Assembly (NCBI GenBank): GCA_014239555.1
Contig: JAAZYR010000007.1
Coordinates: 3,141 to 67,140 of the forward strand
DNA from: Acidimicrobiales bacterium
Lineage (GTDB): Bacteria > Actinomycetota > Acidimicrobiia > Acidimicrobiales > Poriferisodalaceae
Reading direction: 5' to 3'
Length of the DNA stretch: 64,000 nt
Positions 26,115 to 38,171 of the stretch are shown here, one piece after another. The notes under the pieces are model-generated. The model was not told the origin of the DNA. It did not search any database and saw only the letters and a program-made list of their open reading frames with translations. Every line of letters starts with the position of its first letter. The first letter of the stretch is position 1. A program made the translations under genes and the position numbers.

Positions 26115-28535
26115 ATGCTGTCGCCGTATCGAGTACTTGATCTCACTGATGAACGAGGCCAACTGGCGGGTGCCACTCTTGCCGACCTTGGGGCAGAGGT
26201 TATTTTGGTGGAGCCTCCGGACGGTTCACGTTCGCGCCGACTTCCGCCGTTTGTTGTGGGACGAGAGGGTGACCCTGAAGCATCTCTGTGGTTTTGGTCA
26301 TATAACCGCGGGAAGCGAAGTATCTCCATGGATCTTGAGCATCCGGCCGATCGCGAACGTTTTCTAGAGTTAGTCGCAGGTGCAGACATTGTTCTTGAGT
26401 CGGACCGGCCAGGGGCTATGGCTGAACGTGGACTCGGCTACGACGATCTCGCGGCGGTGAATCCTGAAATCGTGGTGACATCGATTTCTCCGTTTGGTCA
26501 GAGCGGACCCAAAGCCGACTGGGCCGCGACGGACCTCACTGTGGCTGCGGCAGCGATGGTGCCCAAGATGACCGGCGACGAAGACCGCGCACCTTTGCGT
26601 GTGCCTCTAGCACAGTCATTTCTACATGCTTCAGCCGAAGCTGCAGGAGCGTCCCTCATCGCTTTACATGAACGTAACCGTTCCGGTAAGGGGCAACACG
26701 TTGACGTCAGTGCTCAGCAATCTTTTATGCAAGCCACCCAATCGATGGTTCTGTGTCACTTGTACAACTCACCCGAGACGACTCGGATGAGTGGCGGAGC
26801 GGCCGTGGGTCCATTCCGAATTCGTCTCCGTTCCCCGGCTGCCGACGGATTCGTCTCCACCACAATCCTTTTTGGCGAAGCGATCGCCCCCTTTAGTTCC
26901 CGCCTTTTTGAATGGATCCATGAGGAGGGCATGTGTGAAGCTAGTGATCTCGAGATTGACTGGCTCAACTTCGTTGAAGGAGTGACAACCGGCCGCATTG
27001 GGCTGGGGGAATACGACAGAATCCAAGAAGTCGCTGCCCAATTCTCTGCGACAAAGACCAAAGCTGAACTGCTCTCGACAGCTCTTGAGAAGCGTCTGCT
27101 GATCGTGCCGATTTGCAACGTCCAGGAAGTTTCGGAACTTGACCAGTACCAGGACCGTGACTTCTGGCGTGAAATCGAATGCCCTGATTTCGGGCCAGTT
27201 CAATTTCCGGGCCCTATGGCTAAATTCTCGGCGACGCCGCTTGATATATCCGTGCCCCCGCCTGCCATCGGTCAGGACAACGGTGAGATCAAAACCCGGG
27301 TTGCCGAACCCACCAACGAACTTGAGGCGAGGCCAGTAGCACCACTCTCTGATATCAAGATCCTTGACCTGATGTGGGTGATGGCGGGGCCGGCCGCAAC
27401 TCGAGTATTCACCGATTGGGGGGCGACGGTGGTGAGGGTTGAGTCCTCACACAAAATTGAAGGAGCGCGTACGTTTCAGCCGTTGCTCAACAATGAAGGA
27501 GGTGCAGAAAACAGCGGGCTGTTCCAAAACCTCAACGCGGGCAAACTCGGCCTTACCGTCGCGATGGACACCCCTGAAGCGAGAGAGCTGATCCTCGACC
27601 TTGTGCGCTGGGCGGATGTGGTCTGTGAGTCGTTCTCACCCAAAGCCATGGCCGGATGGAACCTGACGTATGAGGATTTAAAGGAAGTGAATCCTGACGT
27701 CATCATGACAAGTAGTTGCTTGTTCGGACAAGACGGCCCGATGTCGCATCTAGCGGGTTTCGGAACCATGGGGGCCTCAATGTCGGGTTTCTATGAAATG
27801 ACTGGTTGGCCTGACCGCGACCCAGCAGGAGTAGCTGGGGCGTACACCGACTATGTCTCTCCCCGCTATCTCGAGGTTGCAATTCTTGCCGCCCTTGACC
27901 ATCGGCGCCGAACTGGCGAGGGTCAATACATCGATCTGTCCCAAGCTGAGTCGTCGATGAACTTTTTAACCCCGCATCTACTTAACTGGACGGTTAATGG
28001 GCAGCTAGCCCCGAAGATCGGGAACGCTGACCCGTCGATGTTGCCCCACGGCATCCACCCCTGTTCGGGAGACGATGAGTGGGTAGCGGTCTCGTGTGAA
28101 AACGATGAACAGTGGCGCAGCTTGTGCGAGCTTCTGGGCTTTTCCACCGAGTGGGGCGAAACCGACATTGCTGGTCGACGGCTCCTTGGGCCGCAGATCG
28201 AATCCGCAATTGAGGCGTGGACATCGGTTCGAAGGGGGGCCGAGGTTCACTCCAGTTTGCAAGCCGTCGGAGTACCCGCCCATGTTGTGCAGGACTCGAT
28301 CGTGGTGGCTAGTGACCCACAACTGGAACACCGCAACCACTTCCGGCAAGCGTCCCACGACGAACATGGTTCGATGTGGATAGAAGGACCCAGATTCTCG
28401 ATGTCCCGTAGCACCGATGTGATTAGCAACGCAGCACCAACTCTTGGCCAGCACACTTTCGATGTACTTGAGGGAATCCTGGGCTACGACGCCGACCACA
28501 TAGCGGAACTGGCCGTGGCAGGGGTCCTTGAGTGA
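26115..28535 (+). CDS. Tandem (two-domain) class III CoA-transferase, DddD-like architecture
   Basis: There are two CaiB/BaiF-type modules. The N-module runs YRVLDLTD...GKGQHVDVSAQQS. The C-module runs IKILDLMW...GEGQYIDLSQAES. Confidence 0.88.
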   Translation: MLSPYRVLDLTDERGQLAGATLADLGAEVILVEPPDGSRSRRLPPFVVGREGDPEASLWFWSYNRGKRSISMDLEHPADRERFLELVAGADIVLESDRPGAMAERGLGYDDLAAVNPEIVVTSISPFGQSGPKADWAATDLTVAAAAMVPKMTGDEDRAPLRVPLAQSFLHASAEAAGASLIALHERNRSGKGQHVDVSAQQSFMQATQSMVLCHLYNSPETTRMSGGAAVGPFRIRLRSPAADGFVSTTILFGEAIAPFSSRLFEWIHEEGMCEASDLEIDWLNFVEGVTTGRIGLGEYDRIQEVAAQFSATKTKAELLSTALEKRLLIVPICNVQEVSELDQYQDRDFWREIECPDFGPVQFPGPMAKFSATPLDISVPPPAIGQDNGEIKTRVAEPTNELEARPVAPLSDIKILDLMWVMAGPAATRVFTDWGATVVRVESSHKIEGARTFQPLLNNEGGAENSGLFQNLNAGKLGLTVAMDTPEARELILDLVRWADVVCESFSPKAMAGWNLTYEDLKEVNPDVIMTSSCLFGQDGPMSHLAGFGTMGASMSGFYEMTGWPDRDPAGVAGAYTDYVSPRYLEVAILAALDHRRRTGEGQYIDLSQAESSMNFLTPHLLNWTVNGQLAPKIGNADPSMLPHGIHPCSGDDEWVAVSCENDEQWRSLCELLGFSTEWGETDIAGRRLLGPQIESAIEAWTSVRRGAEVHSSLQAVGVPAHVVQDSIVVASDPQLEHRNHFRQASHDEHGSMWIEGPRFSMSRSTDVISNAAPTLGQHTFDVLEGILGYDADHIAELAVAGVLE

Positions 28536-28692
28536 TCTGAGCCTTGCCCGTGTCCCAACAGCAGGTTCCTTGAGGATGGATCTCTTCAATAGTGCCGATA
28601 TTTACCTAATGGAAGCTCATTGGAACTGAGGACCAATCGAAGTTGGAGAGTTATTTCGTCGCGCGAATAACGGATGCCCCTAGGGTGTCGAG

Positions 28693-29136
28693 ATGACATT
28701 TGATGGAGAGTATGGTCCGAGTACCTGGGACTGGGTGGCGGAACAAGCCGAGGAATACGAGGCGTCCAACGGCCAGAAGGCGAGCACGCTTCGAGACACC
28801 GGTTTGCCGATCATTGTTATGACAACTATTGGGCATCGAACAGGGTTGGTTCGCAAAGTACCGCTTATGAAAGTTGAGCACGAAGGCCAATATGCCATCG
28901 TTGCCTCTAAAGGCGGGGCAAAAGAACATCCGGGTTGGTACCACAACCTTATGGCGGATCCTAAAGTCTTGGTCCAGGACGGACCCGCGCCGTTCGAAAC
29001 AACAGTCCGCCTTTTGAGTGGGGAAGAACGAACTGCGTGGTGGGAACGATCAGTTGAAGCCTTTTCCCCGTACGCGGAGTATCAAGAAAAGACTGACCGA
29101 GAAATCCCGTTGTTTATCACCGAGCCTCAAGTTTGA
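28693..29136 (+). CDS. Deazaflavin (F420)-dependent nitroreductase-family oxidoreductase (DUF385)
   Basis: IIVMTTIGHRTGLVRKVPLM, VASKGGAKEHPGWYHNLMADP and REIPLFI match the family consensus. Confidence 0.85.
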   Translation: MTFDGEYGPSTWDWVAEQAEEYEASNGQKASTLRDTGLPIIVMTTIGHRTGLVRKVPLMKVEHEGQYAIVASKGGAKEHPGWYHNLMADPKVLVQDGPAPFETTVRLLSGEERTAWWERSVEAFSPYAEYQEKTDREIPLFITEPQV

Positions 29137-29154
29137 TTTTGAGTTGAATGACTG

Positions 29155-30390
29155 ATGCGCCTTCAAGAAGTGCGCACATACGCAACGGTGCCCCCCACCG
29201 GGGTCGGGGGTTCGTTCTGGGTGTTCGTAGAAGTCGAAACTGACGATGGGATTACCGGTGTAGGGGAGTGTTACGGAGTCCCCTTTTCGGCAGACATCGC
29301 GTCTTCGATGGTCGCGGATGTATTCGAACGTTACGTTCTGGGAGTAGATCCCCATCACCTGGAAACTCTTTTCCGACGGGTCTATTCGGCGGGATTTACT
29401 CAACGCCCCGATCTTTCCACTATGGGGGTTTTCAGCGGTATCGAGATGGCAATTTGGGACATCCTTGGCAAGGCCCATGGAGTACCGGTGTACGAACTGT
29501 TGGGAGGAAGATTTCACGACCGGCTTCGCACCTACTCCTACCTATATCCATTGGAAACAGATGCTTCCGGTAACGCACTCCCAGATCAAGCTGACGTTTA
29601 CCATGACGGGGACGCTGCCGCCGAAAGCGCGTTGCGGTACCTCGATATGGGTTTCACCGCCGTTAAGCAAGACCCGACCGGGCCGTATTCGTTTCAAGGG
29701 GGCCGGGAACTATCACTATCTGAGTTAAGTCGAGCGGAATATTCGATCCGTCGCATCAGAGAAGCCGTCGGAGATCGGGCCGACATTTTGTTCGGGACCC
29801 ACGGGCAGATGACCGCAGGTTCAGCAATTCGTCTTGCGCAACGTCTAGAGCCTTATGACCCGCTCTGGTTCGAAGAGCCCTGCCCTCCTGATCAGGTGGA
29901 AGCGATCGGCGCTGTTGCCGCGGCGACCACCATTCCTGTCGCCGCAGGTGAACGAGTCACCACTCGCAAGGAGTTTCATGACTTGCTCAAAGCGGGAGTA
30001 AAAATTCTTCAACCGAACGTAGGTCGGAGCGGGGGGTTGTGGGAAACCAAGAAAATTGCTGCCCTGGCAGAATTGTTTAACGCTCAGATCGCCCCTCACA
30101 TCTATTGCGGGCCAATTGCGCATGCCGCGGCGACTCACCTGGGATTCACCCTTCCAAATTTTCTGATCCTGGAAACTATCCTCAGCGATTTTCACGACGC
30201 TGTCGTAAGAGAACCTTTGGAGTGGGATGCCGGTTGGATGATGCCTCCAACTGGGCCGGGGTTAGGTGTTGAATTGAATCACGACATTGTCTTAGCGAAT
30301 CCGTACACGACAGGTGGGCGCCTTCACCTCGAGATGACACAAACGCCACTTGATTCAAACAACAGCCGCTTAGCTCAAGAGTTGGATTGA
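29155..30390 (+). CDS. Enolase-superfamily enzyme (mandelate racemase/muconate lactonizing family, acid-sugar dehydratase-like)
   Basis: N-terminal capping domain (VEVETDDGITGVGEC) and barrel-domain motifs (LWFEEP, AAGER). Confidence 0.85.
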   Translation: MRLQEVRTYATVPPTGVGGSFWVFVEVETDDGITGVGECYGVPFSADIASSMVADVFERYVLGVDPHHLETLFRRVYSAGFTQRPDLSTMGVFSGIEMAIWDILGKAHGVPVYELLGGRFHDRLRTYSYLYPLETDASGNALPDQADVYHDGDAAAESALRYLDMGFTAVKQDPTGPYSFQGGRELSLSELSRAEYSIRRIREAVGDRADILFGTHGQMTAGSAIRLAQRLEPYDPLWFEEPCPPDQVEAIGAVAAATTIPVAAGERVTTRKEFHDLLKAGVKILQPNVGRSGGLWETKKIAALAELFNAQIAPHIYCGPIAHAAATHLGFTLPNFLILETILSDFHDAVVREPLEWDAGWMMPPTGPGLGVELNHDIVLANPYTTGGRLHLEMTQTPLDSNNSRLAQELD

Positions 30391-30417
30391 AGTCCGCGAG
30401 TCGACCGCTGGAGGACT

Positions 30418-31671
30418 TCAAAGCAAAATGGTTCGTGGTGAATTGTTGAGAGTTTCGATGGCAAATCCAGCTGCCGCTTTGTATCGAGCCATGTAGTCCT
30501 CAATCTCTGCGCGCGGTATTACGTCTTCAATGTCGTCAAACACGCCACCGCATCTTTCTTCGACTAATCCAAGAATGCCGATGGGGCCGGCACCTCGATT
30601 TCGTAATACGAGCTCATTCAAATCTCGAAGCATGGCGTCTTCGAATGACTTCAACGCTGCGATGCCCACGCCCAGACGTTGCATTTCAGCGCCCAGGACG
30701 CGAGCGTCGACGATGGCTTGGCTAGCGCCGTTAGAGCCGACCGGGTACATCACATGTGCAGCATCGCCGATAAGGACGCAGCGGCCATCGACCCAACTCT
30801 CGATTGGGTCTCTATCAACCATGGGGTACTCATAGACGTTGGAGGCGCTTCGGATTAGCTCAGGAATATCTAGCCAATCGAATGCCCAGTCTTCGAATTC
30901 ACCAAGAAATTTGTCTATGGACACCTCTCGGTTCCAGTCACTGTCGCCCCAATCTTGGGAGGTGTCATAGGTCAGTTCCGCGATCCAATTTATTGTCGCC
31001 AACCCGGTAGCTGGGTCGGGACGGCTTATTGGGTAGCAGACGAACCGTTGGTCGAGTTTTCCCACTAGCACGAAGGATCCACCTGTTCTGATAGGAACGG
31101 CTTCAGAGGTGCCTCGCCACATGACGGGACCTCCCCAAACTGGAGGTCCCTCTGTGGGGCACATTTGTCGGCGGGCGGCACTATGTAAGCCGTCTGCGCC
31201 TATGAGTACGCTGCCCTCGATTGTGGTGACCTGACCCGAGGCGGAACGAAACGAAGCTTGGACCTTGTCATCCTGAGACTCATAGCTCATAAGTCGGCTC
31301 CCTGTGATGACTGCGCCGGCGCCAAGGCGGCTCAAGACTTCTTCATACAGCAATATTTGCAACCGCCCGCGATGAACGGAAAATTGCGGCCACAAGTAAC
31401 CGGCGTCGAGGCCGCGCGGTTCTGCCCACACATCATTTCCGTTGCGTCCGACCAGAGCCCATTCTTTTGCCGGCACTCCGATTGCGTTGAGTTGCGTTTC
31501 TAAACCCAGGTCATATAGCTCCCGGACAGCGTTGGGTTGGAGGTTGATTCCAACACCCAAGGGTTCCAGTTGGCTTACTGATTCATGGACTATCACTGGA
31601 AGTCCCAACTCATGGCAAGTGAGCGCCATGGTCATTCCTGCGATCCCGCCTCCTGCCACAATCACCGTCAT
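30418..31671 (-). CDS. FAD-dependent aromatic-type monooxygenase
   Basis: GGGIAG dinucleotide motif at the N-terminus, plus LIGDAAHVMYPVGSNGASQAIVDA. Confidence 0.85.
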   Translation of the reverse strand: MTVIVAGGGIAGMTMALTCHELGLPVIVHESVSQLEPLGVGINLQPNAVRELYDLGLETQLNAIGVPAKEWALVGRNGNDVWAEPRGLDAGYLWPQFSVHRGRLQILLYEEVLSRLGAGAVITGSRLMSYESQDDKVQASFRSASGQVTTIEGSVLIGADGLHSAARRQMCPTEGPPVWGGPVMWRGTSEAVPIRTGGSFVLVGKLDQRFVCYPISRPDPATGLATINWIAELTYDTSQDWGDSDWNREVSIDKFLGEFEDWAFDWLDIPELIRSASNVYEYPMVDRDPIESWVDGRCVLIGDAAHVMYPVGSNGASQAIVDARVLGAEMQRLGVGIAALKSFEDAMLRDLNELVLRNRGAGPIGILGLVEERCGGVFDDIEDVIPRAEIEDYMARYKAAAGFAIETLNNSPRTILL

Positions 31672-31709
31672 GGCAAAAGACTAGAGCGAGTACGTGTAAC
31701 ACTCCTGAC

Positions 31710-32972
31710 GTGTCTCTCATAAATAGCTCAAGAATTGCAGACCCAGAACTTGCACCCGAAGGGCATCGTTCAATCGAATGGGCGCGCCGCCACTCACCAT
31801 TAGTGGATGGATTTCTTCGAGACCGTCTAAAAGATGGTGCTCTAGAAGGTCGCCGCGTCGCTGTCGTGGTTCACCTGGAAGCGAAAACGGCGCTTTTGGC
31901 GACGGTATTGGCTGATGCTGGTGCTCAGGTGGTCGCCGCTGGTTCGAATCCTCATTCAACCCGAGATGAAATCGCTGCAGCTCTGGTCGACCGCGGCGTG
32001 GAGGTCCACTCAACTCGCGATAGTGGATACGACGCCTGGGAAAAAGACCTAATGGCAGTCGCGGACACCGGCCCGGAACTAATTATTGATGATGGCGCTG
32101 AACTGACGATCCGAATGGCGAGCCAGCGACCCGCTGCGTTTCAGGAACTGAAGGGGGTGACAGAACAAACAACCACAGGAGTTGCACGGTTAGTCGAATT
32201 GGAATCTCGCGGCCGTTTGCCGTTCCCTGTTCTGGCAGCTAACGATGCTGCCTGTAAACATCTCTTTGACAACAAATATGGAACAGGTCAGAGCACTGTT
32301 CAGGCCATCTTGAATCTGACCAACATGTTGATGGCTGGCAAAGACGTCGCAATCCTTGGTTATGGGTGGGTGGGGCGCGGAATAGCAGCTCACGTGCGTG
32401 CGTTGGGAGGCACCGCATGGGTCATTGAGATAGATCCCGTGAAGGCTCTGGAAGGGTTTATGGACGGGCACCGCGTTGGCAGCCTAAGCGACGTTTTGCC
32501 TCGGGCAGATTTCATTTTGACGGCGACCGGGGGGCGCCGCGCAGTGGCGCGTCACCATTTTTCCATGATGAAGGATGGCGCAATCTTGGCCAATGCCGGC
32601 CACCATGATCTGGAAATCGACGTCGAAGCGCTGGCCGATGAAGCATCTGACTTCAGGACGGTACGCCCAGGCATTGATGAGTACAAAATCAACAACAACC
32701 AGTCGGTCTTGGTGTTGGCGAATGGAGCCCTGGTCAACATTGCAGGTGGCCTTGGGCACCCGATCGAAATCATGGATCTTTCGTTCGCCGTGCAAGGTGT
32801 GGGATGTCACGAACTGGCCCGAGGAACGGTACCTCAAGGAGTGAACGTCATAGATCCCTTATTAGATTCAGAAATAGCCCGGGCGAAACTCTCATCCCAT
32901 GGGATTCTTCTCGACGTAAAAGAACCTGGCCAAGCTGACATAATTGACGATTTACTCGGACCGGAAGCCTGA
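31710..32972 (+). CDS. ahcY: Adenosylhomocysteinase (short form)
   Basis: HLEAKTA, SNPHSTRDE, VTEQTTTGV, and NAD motif GYGWVGRG. GTG start. Confidence 0.92.
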   Translation: MSLINSSRIADPELAPEGHRSIEWARRHSPLVDGFLRDRLKDGALEGRRVAVVVHLEAKTALLATVLADAGAQVVAAGSNPHSTRDEIAAALVDRGVEVHSTRDSGYDAWEKDLMAVADTGPELIIDDGAELTIRMASQRPAAFQELKGVTEQTTTGVARLVELESRGRLPFPVLAANDAACKHLFDNKYGTGQSTVQAILNLTNMLMAGKDVAILGYGWVGRGIAAHVRALGGTAWVIEIDPVKALEGFMDGHRVGSLSDVLPRADFILTATGGRRAVARHHFSMMKDGAILANAGHHDLEIDVEALADEASDFRTVRPGIDEYKINNNQSVLVLANGALVNIAGGLGHPIEIMDLSFAVQGVGCHELARGTVPQGVNVIDPLLDSEIARAKLSSHGILLDVKEPGQADIIDDLLGPEA

Positions 32973-32973
32973 A

Positions 32974-33688
32974 ATGTCGACTCCCCACATAGATGCCGAA
33001 ATGGGTGATTTCGCACCAGTTGTCCTAATGCCGGGAGACCCGTTACGCGCAACTCATATAGCGGAACGCCACCTTGAAGATGCCCGCTTAGTTACGAACA
33101 TTCGCAACGCGAGCGGATACACCGGCACGTACGAAGGTGTGGCTGTTTCTGTGATGACCTCCGGGATGGGTATGCCATCAGCAGCTATATACATGACTGA
33201 GCTTTACCGGTTTTACGGCGTGGAGACGATCATTCGCGTTGGGACAGCTGGAGTGTTTGATCCGAGTCTGAATCTGCGTCGCATCGTGGCAGCAACAGAG
33301 TGCATCACCAACAGCTCGATACCGGGCCACCTCCTACCCGACGAAAATTTGATGCTGGCACCGACACAAGAATTAGTGACCAAGGCTGTGCGCATTGCCC
33401 TCCAAGAGGGTCTTGATCTGGTGACTGGCAAGATATTCACTACAGATCTTTTCTATGAACCCGACCAAAACCTAACGGCGAATATGGCAGCCGATGGGGT
33501 TTTGTGCGTGGAGATGGAAACTGCGGGTCTCTACGCCTTGGCGAAATCTGAAGGACGGCAGGCCTTGAGTCTGCTGACAATGTCTGATCACCTAACGACG
33601 GGAGAAAGCCTTTCGTCAGCTGAACGACAGGTGACGTTGGATGAGATGATTGAATTCGCGTTAAAAGTCGCCGTGGCTGACTCAGAAG

Positions 33689-33699
<11 letters not shown>
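32974..33699 (+). CDS. deoD: Purine nucleoside phosphorylase, DeoD type
   Basis: MSTPHI...VLMPGDPLRATHIAE...VSVMTSGMGMPSAAIY...VEMETAGLYAL. The start is 1 nt after the ahcY stop. Confidence 0.9.
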
Positions 33700-36251
<2,552 letters not shown>

Positions 36252-37175
36252 TTAGAGAGCAGAAGAGCGAATAGCCACTCGCTGTTGAAACCAATCTCCG
36301 AGCATGTTGAGCGATACGACAGTCAGAGTCAAGAATAATCCAGGCCAAAAAATCGGCAAGATGGTTTGTCGGATGTCTCGCCTACCTTCGTTGATCATGT
36401 TGCCCCAGGTTGGTTCCGGAATTTGAACGCTCAGACCAAGGTAAGAAAGGGTGCCCTCGACCACGATTACGAATCCAGCGTTAATCAGCGCATATGCGAA
36501 GAGCGACGGAAGAATATTAGGGATGATTTCCCGAAAAAGAATCCAAAACCTTTTTGTCCCAATTGCTTCAGCTGCTTGCACAAATTCGCGACTTGCTACT
36601 CCCAATGTGCTTGCTCTGGCGATCCGCACATATGTGGGAATGCTCAGGATTCCAAAGACCAACGCGATGATAGGAAGACTTCGTACCTTGTAGATAGCGA
36701 CCAATGCGAGGAGTAGAACGAGCGGAGGAAACGCCAGGACAACATCCATGATGCCCATGACGAGGGTTTCCCAACGCCCCCTCGCGTACCCGACGAATGC
36801 ACCGAGTAAACCGCCAAAAACAATGCCGAACGAAACGACGGTGATAGCTACGACGAGTGATACCCATGCTCCGTGCAGGAGCCTGGAGAGGTTGTCTCGC
36901 GAGAGAATGTCGGTGCCGAGTACATGGTCGAGAGATGGTCCCTCGGTAGGAGAAGCACCACCAAAAAGAAACCCTTGATAAAAAGGATCCTGCAGCGGTA
37001 GCGCTTGACCAAAGAGCCGATCAAGTCGTGTGTAAATTGCAGCGGAAACGATAAACACCAACCAAAACAAAGCGCATTTAACGAAAAACGGCATTTCTTT
37101 GACTGCGGACAAGCGACCATTGCCTTTCAACTTGGCATCCGGTGAGCCTGTGATGTTTTTAGATTTGGACATCAT
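36252..37175 (-). CDS. ABC transporter permease (DppC/OppC type)
   Basis: Multi-TMS ORF with permease family features. It overlaps the upstream permease by 4 nt. Its stop abuts the argG stop. Confidence 0.88.
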   Translation of the reverse strand: MMSKSKNITGSPDAKLKGNGRLSAVKEMPFFVKCALFWLVFIVSAAIYTRLDRLFGQALPLQDPFYQGFLFGGASPTEGPSLDHVLGTDILSRDNLSRLLHGAWVSLVVAITVVSFGIVFGGLLGAFVGYARGRWETLVMGIMDVVLAFPPLVLLLALVAIYKVRSLPIIALVFGILSIPTYVRIARASTLGVASREFVQAAEAIGTKRFWILFREIIPNILPSLFAYALINAGFVIVVEGTLSYLGLSVQIPEPTWGNMINEGRRDIRQTILPIFWPGLFLTLTVVSLNMLGDWFQQRVAIRSSAL

Positions 37176-38128
37176 TGCCTCCGGATCCTCGGGTCGAGTA
37201 GCAAATAGAGCAAATCAACAAACAAATTGACGACCACGTAGACGGTGGCAATGAAAAGAGTGATGCCTTGGATCATCATGACGTCACGTTGATAAATACC
37301 GCTTATGAGGCGGGTACCTAACCCGGGTAGCGCGAAAACTGTTTCGATGACAACAGTGCCGCCGATGAGACCTCCGAATTGGAGGCCGAAGACAGTGATC
37401 GCGGTCAGAGAGCTTGGCCGCAGGGCATGTCGCATAAGGATGTATCTGCTCCGTAGGCCCTTTGCGCGGGCTGACAGTATGTAATCCTCTTTGAGGGTTC
37501 CGATCATGTCCGCTCGGATGAGTCGAGCGTTAATGGCAAGCGCGGCCAGGGAAAGTGCCCCAGCGGGCAATATCGCGGTTTTGAGATTCGCGACGATGCC
37601 CTTGTCAGTAATACGGTTCCAGCCCGAGGAGGGGAGCCAGTTGAACTTGAGGGTAAATAGCCAGATGAAGAAAATTCCGGCTAGGAACGCAGGGATTGAT
37701 AGCGCGGTTGTAGTGAAAGCTGACGCGATTCTGTCGAAACGCCCACCCTCGTGGTAGGCGGAGAAAGCGCCGATGGGTATTGCAGCCAACGCGGCGATAA
37801 GAGTAGCGAGGAAAGCCAGTTCAATTGTGACGGGTATTCTGTCTTTTATTGCGTCAGAAACGGGCTGATCGGTGATGTAGGACTTACCCAAGTCACCTTG
37901 CATAGCGTTTCCAACCCAGCGCCCGTATCTGGTTAGGACTGGATCATCGAGGCGTAACTCGGAGCGTATCCGTTCGATGTTTTCGAGGTCATCGAGCGCT
38001 TCAGGCGGAAGAATCGCCAAAATCGGATCTCCAGGTAGTTGCTCAACCATTAGGAAGGTCAACAGCGAAACGGCGAATAGGGTGGCAACGAGCCGTGCTA
38101 TTCGGGCTGCTATGACTTTGCTTAACAA
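37172..38128 (-). CDS. ABC transporter permease (DppB/OppB type)
   Basis: The N-terminal IARLVATLFAVSLLTFLMV...LPGDP is typical of DppB/OppB permeases. Confidence 0.9.
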   Translation of the reverse strand: MLSKVIAARIARLVATLFAVSLLTFLMVEQLPGDPILAILPPEALDDLENIERIRSELRLDDPVLTRYGRWVGNAMQGDLGKSYITDQPVSDAIKDRIPVTIELAFLATLIAALAAIPIGAFSAYHEGGRFDRIASAFTTTALSIPAFLAGIFFIWLFTLKFNWLPSSGWNRITDKGIVANLKTAILPAGALSLAALAINARLIRADMIGTLKEDYILSARAKGLRSRYILMRHALRPSSLTAITVFGLQFGGLIGGTVVIETVFALPGLGTRLISGIYQRDVMMIQGITLFIATVYVVVNLFVDLLYLLLDPRIRRQ

Positions 38129-38171
38129 TTGAGTTCCTACCTGGAGATCGCGATTAGAGGCGTATTAAGCC

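Noticed and set aside
28005-28589. 194-aa minus-strand ORF overlapping the 3' end of the tandem CoA-transferase
   Set aside because: It is antisense to a strongly supported gene and has the Arg/Gly/Pro-rich shadow-ORF composition. No motifs are recognisable. The same reasoning applies to 3049..3516, 22723..23274, 29050..29517, 34238..34753, 38610..39098 and 39772..40023.
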